DNA from: Bacteroidota bacterium
GTDB taxonomy: Bacteria > Bacteroidota > Bacteroidia > 2-12-FULL-35-15
DNA length: 64,000 nucleotides
Assembly: GCA_021323165.1 (NCBI GenBank)
Contig: JAJTCJ010000005.1
Location: forward strand, 3,056-67,055
Direction of reading: 5' to 3'
The notes under the pieces were generated by a model. It was not told the origin of the DNA. It did no database searches and saw only the letters and a program-made list of their open reading frames with translations. Below are positions 45,439 to 54,806 of this stretch, piece by piece; the first letter of the stretch is position 1; every line of letters starts with the position of its first letter. A program made the position numbers and the translations under genes.

Positions 45439-46548
45439 ATGAAAAGGATTGCACTATTTACTTTTTTATTAATACAATTGGTCACAAAGGCTCAGGATCC
45501 TGTGTCTTCTCAATTTTATTTCAATCAATTGTATCTTAATCCGGCATTTGCAGGAATTAATCACAGCGCACGATTCGGAGGAACATACCGGAATCAATGG
45601 ACTGCGATCCCAAGCAAATTTGTAACCTATAATTGCTGGGCCGACATTTATACACCTTCTATGTTTCAGGGTGGCCTGGGCATTATGGCCATGCAAGACA
45701 TTTCCGGAGAAGGATTTCTCAAAACTACCAGTGTTGGTATAATCCAATCATACGAATTTATTCTTCCCAATAAAATTGCAAGATTACGAACAGGATACAA
45801 TGTTACTATTACTAACAAAAAAATAGATTGGAGTAAATTGGTTTTTAGCGACCAGCTGGATGGTATTCATGGCAATGTAAACACATCAAGCGTTTCAGCG
45901 GGCAATCCGGATGGTAAGACCTTTGCGGACATTGATGCAGGTTTAATACTTGAGTTTAGGAAAATTCAAAAGGAAAAGTTTATCGTTACACAAAGTGCCG
46001 GTTATGCCGCAAATCATTTAACACAACCAAATGAATCTCTGCTTGGAACAGAATATAATATTCTACCCATGAAACACACGATGCATTATACCTTAATGAT
46101 TGAATTAAGAGATGATAAGAGTCCATGGTTTGTTTCTCCAAATATTATTTACGAGCGTCAGGGAACTACACCTGAAAAAGGAGTTTTTCCTTACAACAAG
46201 AAATCTCAATTTTCAACTTTGAACCTGGGTATATATTTAATGCACAAACCTTTGGTAACAGGCTTTTTCTACAGAAAAAGATCGATAGCAAAAACGAAAG
46301 ACCGGGATTCCTTTATTTGTTTCCTGGGAGTTTATTTAGAAACTTCAAAAACCTCTATTGTCAAGATTGGCTACAGCTACGATTTCACAATAAACAATCT
46401 AGCTTCTAACACTTCCGGATCTCATGAAATAAGCTTGTCAATGGAGTTTAAGGATTTTAAACTTATCAGTAAAAAGGCCCAGATGCGGAAGAGAAACAAA
46501 CGGGTAATGGACTGTACTGATTTTGGAGATCATACAATGTTATTTTAA
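45439..46548 (+). CDS. PorP/SprF-family T9SS outer-membrane protein
   Basis: The N-terminus AQDPVSSQFYFNQLYLNPAFAG is the family hallmark. It lies immediately downstream of a type B CTD cargo gene, the usual pairing. Confidence 0.85.
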   Translation: MKRIALFTFLLIQLVTKAQDPVSSQFYFNQLYLNPAFAGINHSARFGGTYRNQWTAIPSKFVTYNCWADIYTPSMFQGGLGIMAMQDISGEGFLKTTSVGIIQSYEFILPNKIARLRTGYNVTITNKKIDWSKLVFSDQLDGIHGNVNTSSVSAGNPDGKTFADIDAGLILEFRKIQKEKFIVTQSAGYAANHLTQPNESLLGTEYNILPMKHTMHYTLMIELRDDKSPWFVSPNIIYERQGTTPEKGVFPYNKKSQFSTLNLGIYLMHKPLVTGFFYRKRSIAKTKDRDSFICFLGVYLETSKTSIVKIGYSYDFTINNLASNTSGSHEISLSMEFKDFKLISKKAQMRKRNKRVMDCTDFGDHTMLF

Positions 46549-46852
46549 ATAGCCTTGAGAGTGCTTATTGGAAAAGGTTATATAAGAATGTTATCATCAG
46601 AATATCTTTTACACCGAGTAAGATTTAAGACTAAACTGTAAATCTAAAATTGAGTTTCTTGTTTAGGCGGATTAGTCTAACTCAGGGCTGCTGAGATCTA
46701 ATAAATAAACTTAATAAGTATTCATACAAAAAAATCAACTCTGTCTCCGAATCCCCGGAATTATTAACATTACAAGTAGTTTAAAGAAAATAATCTTATA
46801 TTTATGTTCCTTTTTTCAAACCCTGAACAATCTATAATACATATTCATTTAA

Positions 46853-48742
46853 ATGAACTCCGACCAGCGTAACGCATTACCATTTTTTGAGCAATTAATA
46901 AAATTCATGATAAAAATCAAACCCTCTATCTTTTCTATTCTAATTCTTTTACAGTTCACGCTGGCGCAATCATCTTACAGCCAATTCACAAAACTACATG
47001 ACTTTGCGGGATCTCCGGATGGAAAGACGGCACTCAGCGATTTCTTTTTCGATGGAACATATCTTTATGGCTCCACTCAGTTAGGCGGAATAAATAATGT
47101 TGGAACCATTTATAAAATTAAAACTGACGGAACAGGCTATGTCAAACTTTTCGATTTTAGCGATACAATTGGGAAATTTCCCAGAGGAACATTTTCCTTC
47201 GATGGCCTTTATCTATATGGAACCACAACTCAGGGTGGGATTTATGGTTTCGGAACGATTTATAAGATAAAACCAGATGGCACCGGGCATTCCAAACTCA
47301 TGGATTTTGACGGAATATTTCCCGGACCAACCTATCTATGGGGAGGTCTTGTCTACGATGGGACTTATTTATACGGATGCAGTGGAAATGGTGGAATCAG
47401 TAGTTATGGAACTGTTTTCAAAATAAAACCTGATGGTTCAGACTATCAGACACTTTTTGACTTTAATGGCTTAGTTAATGGCAAATATCCACGAGGACTC
47501 TATTGTAATAATGGTTTTTTGTATGGTACAACCTATAGTGGCGGCATGCACGATGGTGGTGTATTATTTAAAATAAAAACAGATGGAACTAATTTTACGA
47601 AACTTTTTACTTTTGACCAGGGAGTATCCGGAATAAACCCACTAGCCACTTTAATTTATGACGGAACTTATTTATATGGATCAACTGTATACGGATACTA
47701 CGGTTCCGGAACAATCTTTAAAATAAAACCTGATGGAAGTGATTTTTCAATCGTATATGCTTTTACAGGTCCAAACGGAGCTTATCCATATAGTACTCTT
47801 ATCTTAGAAGGCGGTTATTTGTATGGCACAACTAACAATGGTGGGATTCATAATTCAGGAACTGTATTTAAGATAAAACCTGACGGAAGTAATTTCTTAA
47901 AAATCTTTGATTTTGATTATGGTACAAGCAGTGGATCAGGACCAAGTTGCGCTCTCTATAAAGACGGACCTTTTCTTTATGGAACAAATACATTTGCGGG
48001 AGCTAATAACTTCGGAGCCATATTCAAGCTCTGTAATCCTCAAGTAGTAGCATCATCTACCTCAATGGCGATTTGTGAAGGTGACAGCATTACACTATCC
48101 GGTTCCGGGGCCGATGTATATTATTGGTCAGGTGGAGTTACGGACGGTGTGCCATTTTCTCCTGCTGCATCAACAACATATATTCTTAGTGGAATGATCG
48201 GATCATGTATTGCATATGACACACTAAATATAGTTGTTCATTCTCCAGTTGTAAACTTAACAGCTTACGATCCAATCTGCACGTATAGTCAGGACCTGGC
48301 ATTATCCGGAGGAACTCCAACCGGAGGATACTATTCCGGTCCACACGTTTCTGGTAATACTTTTAATGCTGACAATGCAGGAATTGGTTCATTTCTGATC
48401 ACGTATAACTTTACTGATGTGAACAACTGCTCCAATTCTGATACTGCTTCAATTCAGGTTATATCATGTACAGATGTCAATACTATCGAGTATTCCAAAA
48501 ACCTTAGTGTATTTCCTAATCCCTTTAATAATAGTGTTTCATTCAGGATTGCAAATGGAATTATTCTGAAAAATGCTTCGATGGAAATTTATGACTCATT
48601 GGGAGAGATAGTATATTCCTTGAAAAACATAACCGAATATGAATTTCATATCTATAGAAATAATTTGTCCTCCGGAATTTACTTTTATCATTTTATAAAT
48701 GATAATAATTTAAGTTCCTCAGGCAAACTAGTTGTTGACTAA
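46853..48742 (+). CDS. Beta-propeller repeat (GloVer-type tandem repeat) secreted protein with T9SS type A C-terminal domain
   Basis: About 8 repeats of LYGTTxxGGxxxxGTIFKIKPDGSxFxxLxDF. Ig-like Cys-rich segment. C-terminus LSVFPNPFNNSVSFRI...GIYFYHF. A signal-peptide-like start at the internal ATG at 46907 is more likely. Confidence 0.65.
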   Translation: MNSDQRNALPFFEQLIKFMIKIKPSIFSILILLQFTLAQSSYSQFTKLHDFAGSPDGKTALSDFFFDGTYLYGSTQLGGINNVGTIYKIKTDGTGYVKLFDFSDTIGKFPRGTFSFDGLYLYGTTTQGGIYGFGTIYKIKPDGTGHSKLMDFDGIFPGPTYLWGGLVYDGTYLYGCSGNGGISSYGTVFKIKPDGSDYQTLFDFNGLVNGKYPRGLYCNNGFLYGTTYSGGMHDGGVLFKIKTDGTNFTKLFTFDQGVSGINPLATLIYDGTYLYGSTVYGYYGSGTIFKIKPDGSDFSIVYAFTGPNGAYPYSTLILEGGYLYGTTNNGGIHNSGTVFKIKPDGSNFLKIFDFDYGTSSGSGPSCALYKDGPFLYGTNTFAGANNFGAIFKLCNPQVVASSTSMAICEGDSITLSGSGADVYYWSGGVTDGVPFSPAASTTYILSGMIGSCIAYDTLNIVVHSPVVNLTAYDPICTYSQDLALSGGTPTGGYYSGPHVSGNTFNADNAGIGSFLITYNFTDVNNCSNSDTASIQVISCTDVNTIEYSKNLSVFPNPFNNSVSFRIANGIILKNASMEIYDSLGEIVYSLKNITEYEFHIYRNNLSSGIYFYHFINDNNLSSSGKLVVD

Positions 48743-48833
48743 CAAAAAAAAATATCATTGGTGGAGGAAAACACTCTGCTGTTTTTATTAAAAATCCGAA
48801 GCCAGCTGCTTCAAAATAAAATGCATCTACTCA

Positions 48834-49997
48834 TTGAAACACACTTACGCTTTAATACAGAATTACTTCCTGAACAGTGCATACTCATTTGTTCTATTCG
48901 GCATTTATGCAGTGACAGTTGCTCCTTTCATAAATAATTTTATTGAATTTGGTGAACCTAACACTTTTGTCGGACTCTTTGGTTTCACTGTTCTTATTGC
49001 GGAATTCTTCGCGCTGAAATATAAAATAAAGATCATCAGGGTACGGACACAGCTTAAGCGGCTTGAGTATAAAAAGCAAACAGGAATTGATGTGATCCCT
49101 ACAATCACACCAAGTGTACTGTTTGGTTTATTTACAAGACTTGTATTTCATGTGATCCTGATCATGATCTGCATGAGCTCGCTTGGGTTTGAATGTGACG
49201 AAAGACATATGTCACCGGCAGGTGTGTTTGCCATCATGGGAGGCTTTCTGCTGGAAATTGGAGGCATCACCTATTTCTTTATCAAACAGGACATCTATAC
49301 TGATATTCCGGAAAGCAAAAAGCTTTTCCGTGCGGAAGTAAAAGAGGACAACGATTGGGCTGCAGAGAATCTTTTAAATGAACTGAATAAATATTCATAC
49401 AAAAAAGAATTTGCTGCGAATATCATACTGCAGATATTTTCCTGTATGCTATTTACAACCTTCTGGCAATACCTGAATACAAATGGGATTGACAGGATCA
49501 TTTCCATTTATGAACACGACAGCGGAGCTATGGGCGCTATAGGAACACTTTTTATTATGGTTCCGGTAATGGTGGCAACAATTATAGTAGGATTAAGGCC
49601 AATGCAAATAGCGTACTGGATAGAAAGTTCATTGCAGGCTTTCAGCTCAAAAGAAAAAACGAAGAACTGGATCATCTTTTCAACGGTAGGAGTCTTTGCC
49701 TGTGCACCAACCATCATAAAGTATTTCGAGATCTTTATATTCAGAATTCCCGGCAGTGCAACACCTGACTTTCCGGAATACCTTCAGTACTTTATTTCAT
49801 TTGTTTTGTTTATTGCTGTGTTAATGATAGAGCTCAAAATGCTGGAGAAGAAAGATAAAGCTAATACAGAAACAACTCCATTAACTCCTCAGTCTGTTGA
49901 AAGTATGATACGCGATATTGTTGACGGACAGAATAATCATGTAGAAAAACAGACAGTGAGGTTTACACCGAACAAAGAAAGAATCAGTAAAAAATAA
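48834..49997 (+). CDS. Hypothetical polytopic membrane protein
   Basis: About 8 hydrophobic helices. No motif recognised. The start codon is uncertain (the ORF-track start is TTG). Confidence 0.5.
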   Translation: MKHTYALIQNYFLNSAYSFVLFGIYAVTVAPFINNFIEFGEPNTFVGLFGFTVLIAEFFALKYKIKIIRVRTQLKRLEYKKQTGIDVIPTITPSVLFGLFTRLVFHVILIMICMSSLGFECDERHMSPAGVFAIMGGFLLEIGGITYFFIKQDIYTDIPESKKLFRAEVKEDNDWAAENLLNELNKYSYKKEFAANIILQIFSCMLFTTFWQYLNTNGIDRIISIYEHDSGAMGAIGTLFIMVPVMVATIIVGLRPMQIAYWIESSLQAFSSKEKTKNWIIFSTVGVFACAPTIIKYFEIFIFRIPGSATPDFPEYLQYFISFVLFIAVLMIELKMLEKKDKANTETTPLTPQSVESMIRDIVDGQNNHVEKQTVRFTPNKERISKK

Positions 49998-50000
49998 AAT

Positions 50001-50423
50001 ATGGGAGCCTGGGGAATAAACAACTTTGATAATGATGGCGCAATGGACTTTAGCTCTGATGTGGTTGAAGGAGATAGATCATTCATTAAAGACGCCATAC
50101 TTAAAGTAACGAACACTGGCGATGACGACTACCTCGAAGCACCGGATTGTGAAAACGCTTTGGCTGCAATAGAATTTATTGCTGCACAAAAAGGGAAACC
50201 CTCTCCTGATTTTCCTGAAGAAGCACAAGCATGGATCAAAAATAATGACCTGCTTAATTTCACGAGCGGACTCTTCAGAAAACGCATTGATATCACCGGA
50301 ATATCTTTACAGGCAATTGAAAGAATTGGAAGCAACTCCGAACTGCAGGAATTATGGGAAGAAGGTGATGAATATGAAGATTGGCTTAAAGTATTGGAAG
50401 ATTTGAAAAACCGTATTAAGTAA
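50001..50423 (+). CDS. DUF4259-like small cytoplasmic protein
   Basis: The N-terminus MGAWGINNFDNDGAMDF matches my memory of the DUF4259 signature. It starts 3 nt after the preceding stop. Confidence 0.55.
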   Translation: MGAWGINNFDNDGAMDFSSDVVEGDRSFIKDAILKVTNTGDDDYLEAPDCENALAAIEFIAAQKGKPSPDFPEEAQAWIKNNDLLNFTSGLFRKRIDITGISLQAIERIGSNSELQELWEEGDEYEDWLKVLEDLKNRIK

Positions 50424-50426
50424 ACA

Positions 50427-50456
50427 AAAAAGCCTGTTTTAAAAACAGGCTTTCTT
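50427..50456. terminator. Bidirectional terminator between convergent genes
   Basis: aaaaaagcctgtttt aaaaacaggctttct is an A-run / hairpin / T-rich arrangement usable on both strands. Confidence 0.65.
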
Positions 50457-50462
50457 TCTTTC

Positions 50463-51686
50463 TTATTTAGATGTTGACACTACCACTTTACGTCTGAAAC
50501 CTTCCTCATTGTTTCCTATCACATAATAAACGCCACTTTTAAGATCAGGGATAGTGACCGAATAATTATTATTTTCATTCAATTGAAATATCTGAATTGT
50601 TTGGCCTAATTGATTTATAATTAAGAAATCACCAGGAGCAGTCCCACTTATTGTAAAAAGACTATTGCTCGGATTGGGATACACGATCATAGTATTTTCA
50701 TCAATTTCAGTTTCTGCAATTCCAACAGAACTGCCAGCGCCCCCTGTTTTGATAATTAACCCATAAGAAGTACGGCCGACTGCATAACCTATATTAGGTG
50801 CGGGGAAAAAAACAGAATGTAAATAGGTCCATGTATTATTACTAACCTGGAGATTCCAGTTCAAACCACCATTAATAGTTTTAAAAATGGTGCCACTATT
50901 CCCTACAACATACCCGGTATCCTTGTCTATAAAATGTACAGAATTTAAAACCTTAATAGTCGCGGCAGTTTGTGGAGACCAATTAATTCCACCGTCTGTA
51001 GTTTTTAAGATAAGTGAATTATTAAAACTTCCGGCAGCCCCTCCAACAACATATCCGGTATCCGCAGAGGTAAAATATACAGCATTAAGAGAGTTGTTAT
51101 TTGCAGAGTTATAACCTATGACACTCCACGTAATTCCACCATTTGTAGTCTTGCGCATAACACCATCCATCCCGCTTTTGCCTACAACGTAACCTGTAAG
51201 TTTGTCCGTAAAGTAAACAGATTTATAAAATATTGTAGAGCCGTATGTTTGTACTAGCCAATTATCTCCGCCATTAATAGTTTTTAATATTTGCATGTCT
51301 TCTCCAACAGCATAACCAGTATCTGCATCTACAAAGTAGACTCCATTTAAAGGATAGCCGATTCCACTTGTCTGGGAGATCCAATTAGCGCCCTGATCAG
51401 CGGTCTTTAATATTTTACCTCCTCTGCCAACTATAAAACCAATACTATCAGTAGCAAAAAAAACAGAGTTCAATTGATCGGTAAGTCCACTAGCTTGCGT
51501 ATTCCAGGTCACTCCTCCATCAACCGTTTGTATAATTTTACCATTATTCCCCACCGCATATCCGGTGTCCACACTTGTAAAAAAAACTGATCTTAATTCA
51601 GGAAGGCTGCCTGGAGTTATAACATTCCATTGCGCGTTCGCTTTTATACAAAAAAAAATGAATGCAAATAAGATTATTTTTTTCAT
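50463..51686 (-). CDS. BNR/Asp-box (Ycf48/sortilin-like) beta-propeller protein with T9SS type A C-terminal domain
   Basis: Repeated TxDGGxTWxxQ Asp-box motifs (TVDGGVTWNTQ, TADQGANWISQ, TINGGDNWLVQ, TTNGGITWSV, TTDGGINWSPQ, TINGGLNWNLQ). C-terminus MIVYPNPSNSLFTI...GVYYVIG. Confidence 0.75.
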   Translation of the reverse strand: MKKIILFAFIFFCIKANAQWNVITPGSLPELRSVFFTSVDTGYAVGNNGKIIQTVDGGVTWNTQASGLTDQLNSVFFATDSIGFIVGRGGKILKTADQGANWISQTSGIGYPLNGVYFVDADTGYAVGEDMQILKTINGGDNWLVQTYGSTIFYKSVYFTDKLTGYVVGKSGMDGVMRKTTNGGITWSVIGYNSANNNSLNAVYFTSADTGYVVGGAAGSFNNSLILKTTDGGINWSPQTAATIKVLNSVHFIDKDTGYVVGNSGTIFKTINGGLNWNLQVSNNTWTYLHSVFFPAPNIGYAVGRTSYGLIIKTGGAGSSVGIAETEIDENTMIVYPNPSNSLFTISGTAPGDFLIINQLGQTIQIFQLNENNNYSVTIPDLKSGVYYVIGNNEEGFRRKVVVSTSK

Positions 51687-51823
51687 TATTAATCTGGTAT
51701 ATTTTATTTAATTTTTAAATTACTTTTTGGGGTATTTATATTGAGTAACTTCCTTTATTATTTTGAAATATATAAAGCAATGGACTTCAAAGAATAAATA
51801 CCTTCTAAAAATCAATTGTCGTT

Positions 51824-53473
51824 TTATTGTAATACTAACTTACTCCATTTAATTTCACCGTCCTTTGATAACACCTCCAGAAAATAGATCCCTTTGTCAA
51901 ATCCGTTGAGATCAATAATCGCTGTTCTGTCTTTAATATCAAATGCAATGATTTTCTTTCCACTCATATCAAACACGAAAGCTTTTTCTCCATAAATATT
52001 ATCGCAATGAAAAATACCATTGCCTGGATTTGGATAAACATTGATCATATTTTCACTAACATTTTCCTCAATCATCACTCCCAACTGATTTAATCGTGTT
52101 ACAAAAACATCTGATTCGAAAGTGGAGGGTTTAGTAAGTGTTATACTACCAAATGAAACAGAAGAACTAATAAAAATACCAGAAAAGTAAATTTGTTGAC
52201 TTGATCCAATTTTTACAGACGAACCGGCTGCGTATACATTTCCCGAAGGACCATTTGCCCACAAAGGAATTCCACTTGAATTATACTTCACAACGAATGC
52301 ATTACTATTACCGCCAATCGCATTAGTTAAAGTCACGCCCGGACTAAAAACAATGTTATTTCCTGAATAAGACCCTGCACAATAAATGTTTTCATATATA
52401 TCTGTACATACGGACATACCGCCCTCATTATAATTACCTCCTGCAGTTTTTACCCAGAGAAGATTACCTGAACCATTATATTTTGCGACAAAAAAATCAT
52501 TTCCTGTTAATACACTGTTTTGAACTGACACGGTATCAAACTGACAATTTCTCCCAAGGAAGTTACCGGTTATAATAACATTCCCGGTGATATCTGTTGT
52601 AATTCCGTAAGCATAATCCTGATTCTCACTGTGTACACTTTTAGCCCAAACAAAATTTCCATTTGTGTCGAATTTGCTCAAATAAATATCATGTGTGCCT
52701 ATACTATCATTCAATAAAACTGTGTTTCCTATCGTAAATGCTGAATCGGTAAACGTTCCTGTCATAAAAACATCACCTGCAGGGTCAACATCAATTTGAT
52801 TAAGCAATACGTTTGCACTACTTTTAATTGCCCATAATTCGTTGCCGGTTGCATCTAATTTCAGAAGGTAGGTACCTAACCCAGTTGTGTTTAATGTAAT
52901 AGAACCAAATGTAATGGTATTTGCAAAATACCCTCCAACATATACATTCCCGTTAATATCATTACTAATAGCCTGGGCATCTTCATTACCGGCAGTTCCA
53001 TATTGTTTAGCCCATAATACGGTACCCGATGAAGAATATTTAACAGTGAAAACATCATATCCAAAACTATTATTGGTCATTGTAAATGATCCAAAGGTTA
53101 AAGTAGGGCTGGTAAAACGGCCAGTGATGTATACATTGCCACTTGCATCTACACTAAGATCATTGATGATTTCACGATCCGGACCGGTAATGTTTTTTGC
53201 CCATACTACAGATCCGCCACTGCTATATTTCACTAGAAACGCATCCAGGGAGAAAGCGGAAGGGTCTCCATTTGTTAGTGTAAATGAACCAAACGTAATG
53301 GTGGGACTGTAATACCATCCGGCAACATAGTAATACCCATTTTGATCAGTACCGGAACAGGTGATATAATCATCTTCGCTACCAATGCTCTTTCGCGCCC
53401 AGCTCCATGTTGATTGAGCATTAATAACAATTGAAAGTAAAAGGAAAACAGTAATAGATAAAAATCGTTTCAT
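51824..53473 (-). CDS. SBBP-type beta-propeller repeat protein with T9SS type A C-terminal domain
   Basis: Repeats of DxxGNxYxxGxFxxxxxFGSxTLT...DxFxxKYxSSGxxLWAK. C-terminus INVYPNPGNGIFHC...GIYFLEV. Confidence 0.65.
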   Translation of the reverse strand: MKRFLSITVFLLLSIVINAQSTWSWARKSIGSEDDYITCSGTDQNGYYYVAGWYYSPTITFGSFTLTNGDPSAFSLDAFLVKYSSGGSVVWAKNITGPDREIINDLSVDASGNVYITGRFTSPTLTFGSFTMTNNSFGYDVFTVKYSSSGTVLWAKQYGTAGNEDAQAISNDINGNVYVGGYFANTITFGSITLNTTGLGTYLLKLDATGNELWAIKSSANVLLNQIDVDPAGDVFMTGTFTDSAFTIGNTVLLNDSIGTHDIYLSKFDTNGNFVWAKSVHSENQDYAYGITTDITGNVIITGNFLGRNCQFDTVSVQNSVLTGNDFFVAKYNGSGNLLWVKTAGGNYNEGGMSVCTDIYENIYCAGSYSGNNIVFSPGVTLTNAIGGNSNAFVVKYNSSGIPLWANGPSGNVYAAGSSVKIGSSQQIYFSGIFISSSVSFGSITLTKPSTFESDVFVTRLNQLGVMIEENVSENMINVYPNPGNGIFHCDNIYGEKAFVFDMSGKKIIAFDIKDRTAIIDLNGFDKGIYFLEVLSKDGEIKWSKLVLQ

Positions 53474-53683
53474 GAGTTAAGATGCAAAGGATAAAACAAA
53501 ACATTTAATTGATTATTAGAAAACCATCAATCTTTAATATCCTTCTCAATAAAACGAATTCGAAAAAAGTAGCGGAAACTCTAAAATTTAGCAAACAAAG
53601 ATAAGACAAATTTCACATTCAGCATCTCAGCCCTTTAAAATTGGGCAAATAAGCAAATCATTTAAGGTTAGAAAATAGTTTTA

Positions 53684-54757
53684 TTACTGAGGCGCAACTT
53701 CTTCTTCTTTTGTAATTTTAAGATCTACGGGTAAATATCCAGCATTCATGATATTCACAAGATCCTCCGCTTCCTCCCTCGTAAAAGCTCCGGTAATAGA
53801 AGACATTCCTCCGCTGATTTCACCTTGTACTACCGGGTAACAAACTACATGATCATCCAGGGTAATGGCAATAGAACGCCCAATGTTTGCAGCAGTAATG
53901 CGTTTCCATGCCAGGGCAGGCTCCGGGTTAAACTCCATGGATATTTGCGGTCGTCCTCCATCCGGAGTATCATATACTAATCTAGCTTTTTTTACCAGGT
54001 CACCTGACAGAGCAGGTTCTCCTTTACTATTAATTCTGACCGCTAACAAACTGAATGATTGTATATGCTCTGCAGGCTTAAATGTCCAAATGAATTTAAC
54101 ATAAGGACCGAATATATTCTTTGCTGTTTCACTTCTCATGAAAACATTCACCTTTGCAGTATCTACAGAATAACCAACCACAGGCCCCTCCGCAAGAATG
54201 TATTCTCCGTTTGAGTTTGCATACATTGCAGCACTTAAAACAGCGAACAAAGGATTTTCATTAATTAATTCCTCTTTTGACTTTTGAGGAGCATCCGTTT
54301 TTTTTAACTGCTCTCTTAATGAATTCCCTTCCTCTTCTTTTGGTTCTTCCTTAGGCACTTCTTTTTTCAGGCCTCCCTCTTCTACCAAGGCTGTATTAAG
54401 CTTATCCAGGTTGGGATACATCTCAGCATTGTCATACGTTTCATAAAATGATAATCTTGCAGAGTTTTGCAAAACCATTCTTAAACGTGACATATCATTT
54501 TTACCGGGAATCTCAATTATTATTTCATTTGGCTTATTACCATCCTTAACACTTGCTGAAGAAATTCCAAACTGATCCAGGCGCTTTTGTAAAACTGTTT
54601 CACTTTGTCTTCTAAGTTCAGTTAGGTCTCCCTCATGATGTTCTACTTCAAGGATCATGCGAACGCCACCATCTTTTTTGAAATCTGGTTGTTGGGCGCA
54701 GGAAGAAATTAATACCCAAAGTCCTATAACATTAACGAATGCAATCTTCATTCTCAT
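53684..54757 (-). CDS. Lipoprotein resembling the periplasmic P1-head region of SecD, without the membrane domain
   Basis: Lipobox LISSC. LDQFGISSASVKDGNKPNEIIIEIPG and GRPQISMEFNPEPALAWKRITAANIGRSIAITLDDHVVCYPVVQGEISGGMSSITGAFTREEAEDLVNIMNAGYLPVDLKI parallel the SecD periplasmic segments. No TM helices follow. Confidence 0.55.
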   Translation of the reverse strand: MRMKIAFVNVIGLWVLISSCAQQPDFKKDGGVRMILEVEHHEGDLTELRRQSETVLQKRLDQFGISSASVKDGNKPNEIIIEIPGKNDMSRLRMVLQNSARLSFYETYDNAEMYPNLDKLNTALVEEGGLKKEVPKEEPKEEEGNSLREQLKKTDAPQKSKEELINENPLFAVLSAAMYANSNGEYILAEGPVVGYSVDTAKVNVFMRSETAKNIFGPYVKFIWTFKPAEHIQSFSLLAVRINSKGEPALSGDLVKKARLVYDTPDGGRPQISMEFNPEPALAWKRITAANIGRSIAITLDDHVVCYPVVQGEISGGMSSITGAFTREEAEDLVNIMNAGYLPVDLKITKEEEVAPQ

Positions 54758-54806
54758 GCCTTTATTTATTTAAAAAATTCTTTGTCCATTCATTAAAATT
54801 CTGGTT

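Noticed and set aside
35895-45485. Short ORFs on either strand within the 3191-aa gene, and the question of whether the periodic repeats at 38.1-40.6 kb could be a CRISPR array
   Set aside because: The repeats are 279/837 nt, in frame and translate into Ig-like domains. There is no short direct-repeat/spacer organisation and there are no cas genes. The small ORFs are shadows of the long CDS.
51650-51658. A9 (T9 on the coding strand) homopolymer in the signal-peptide codons of the BNR-propeller gene as a phase-variation tract
   Set aside because: The tract is short, encodes the expected hydrophobic FIFF segment in frame, and I found no matching tracts in neighbouring surface-protein genes.
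52887-53312. 141-aa + ORF antisense to the SBBP-repeat gene (and 50887..51114 + inside the BNR gene)
   Set aside because: Both lie opposite strongly supported repeat-protein genes that have signal peptides and T9SS domains.
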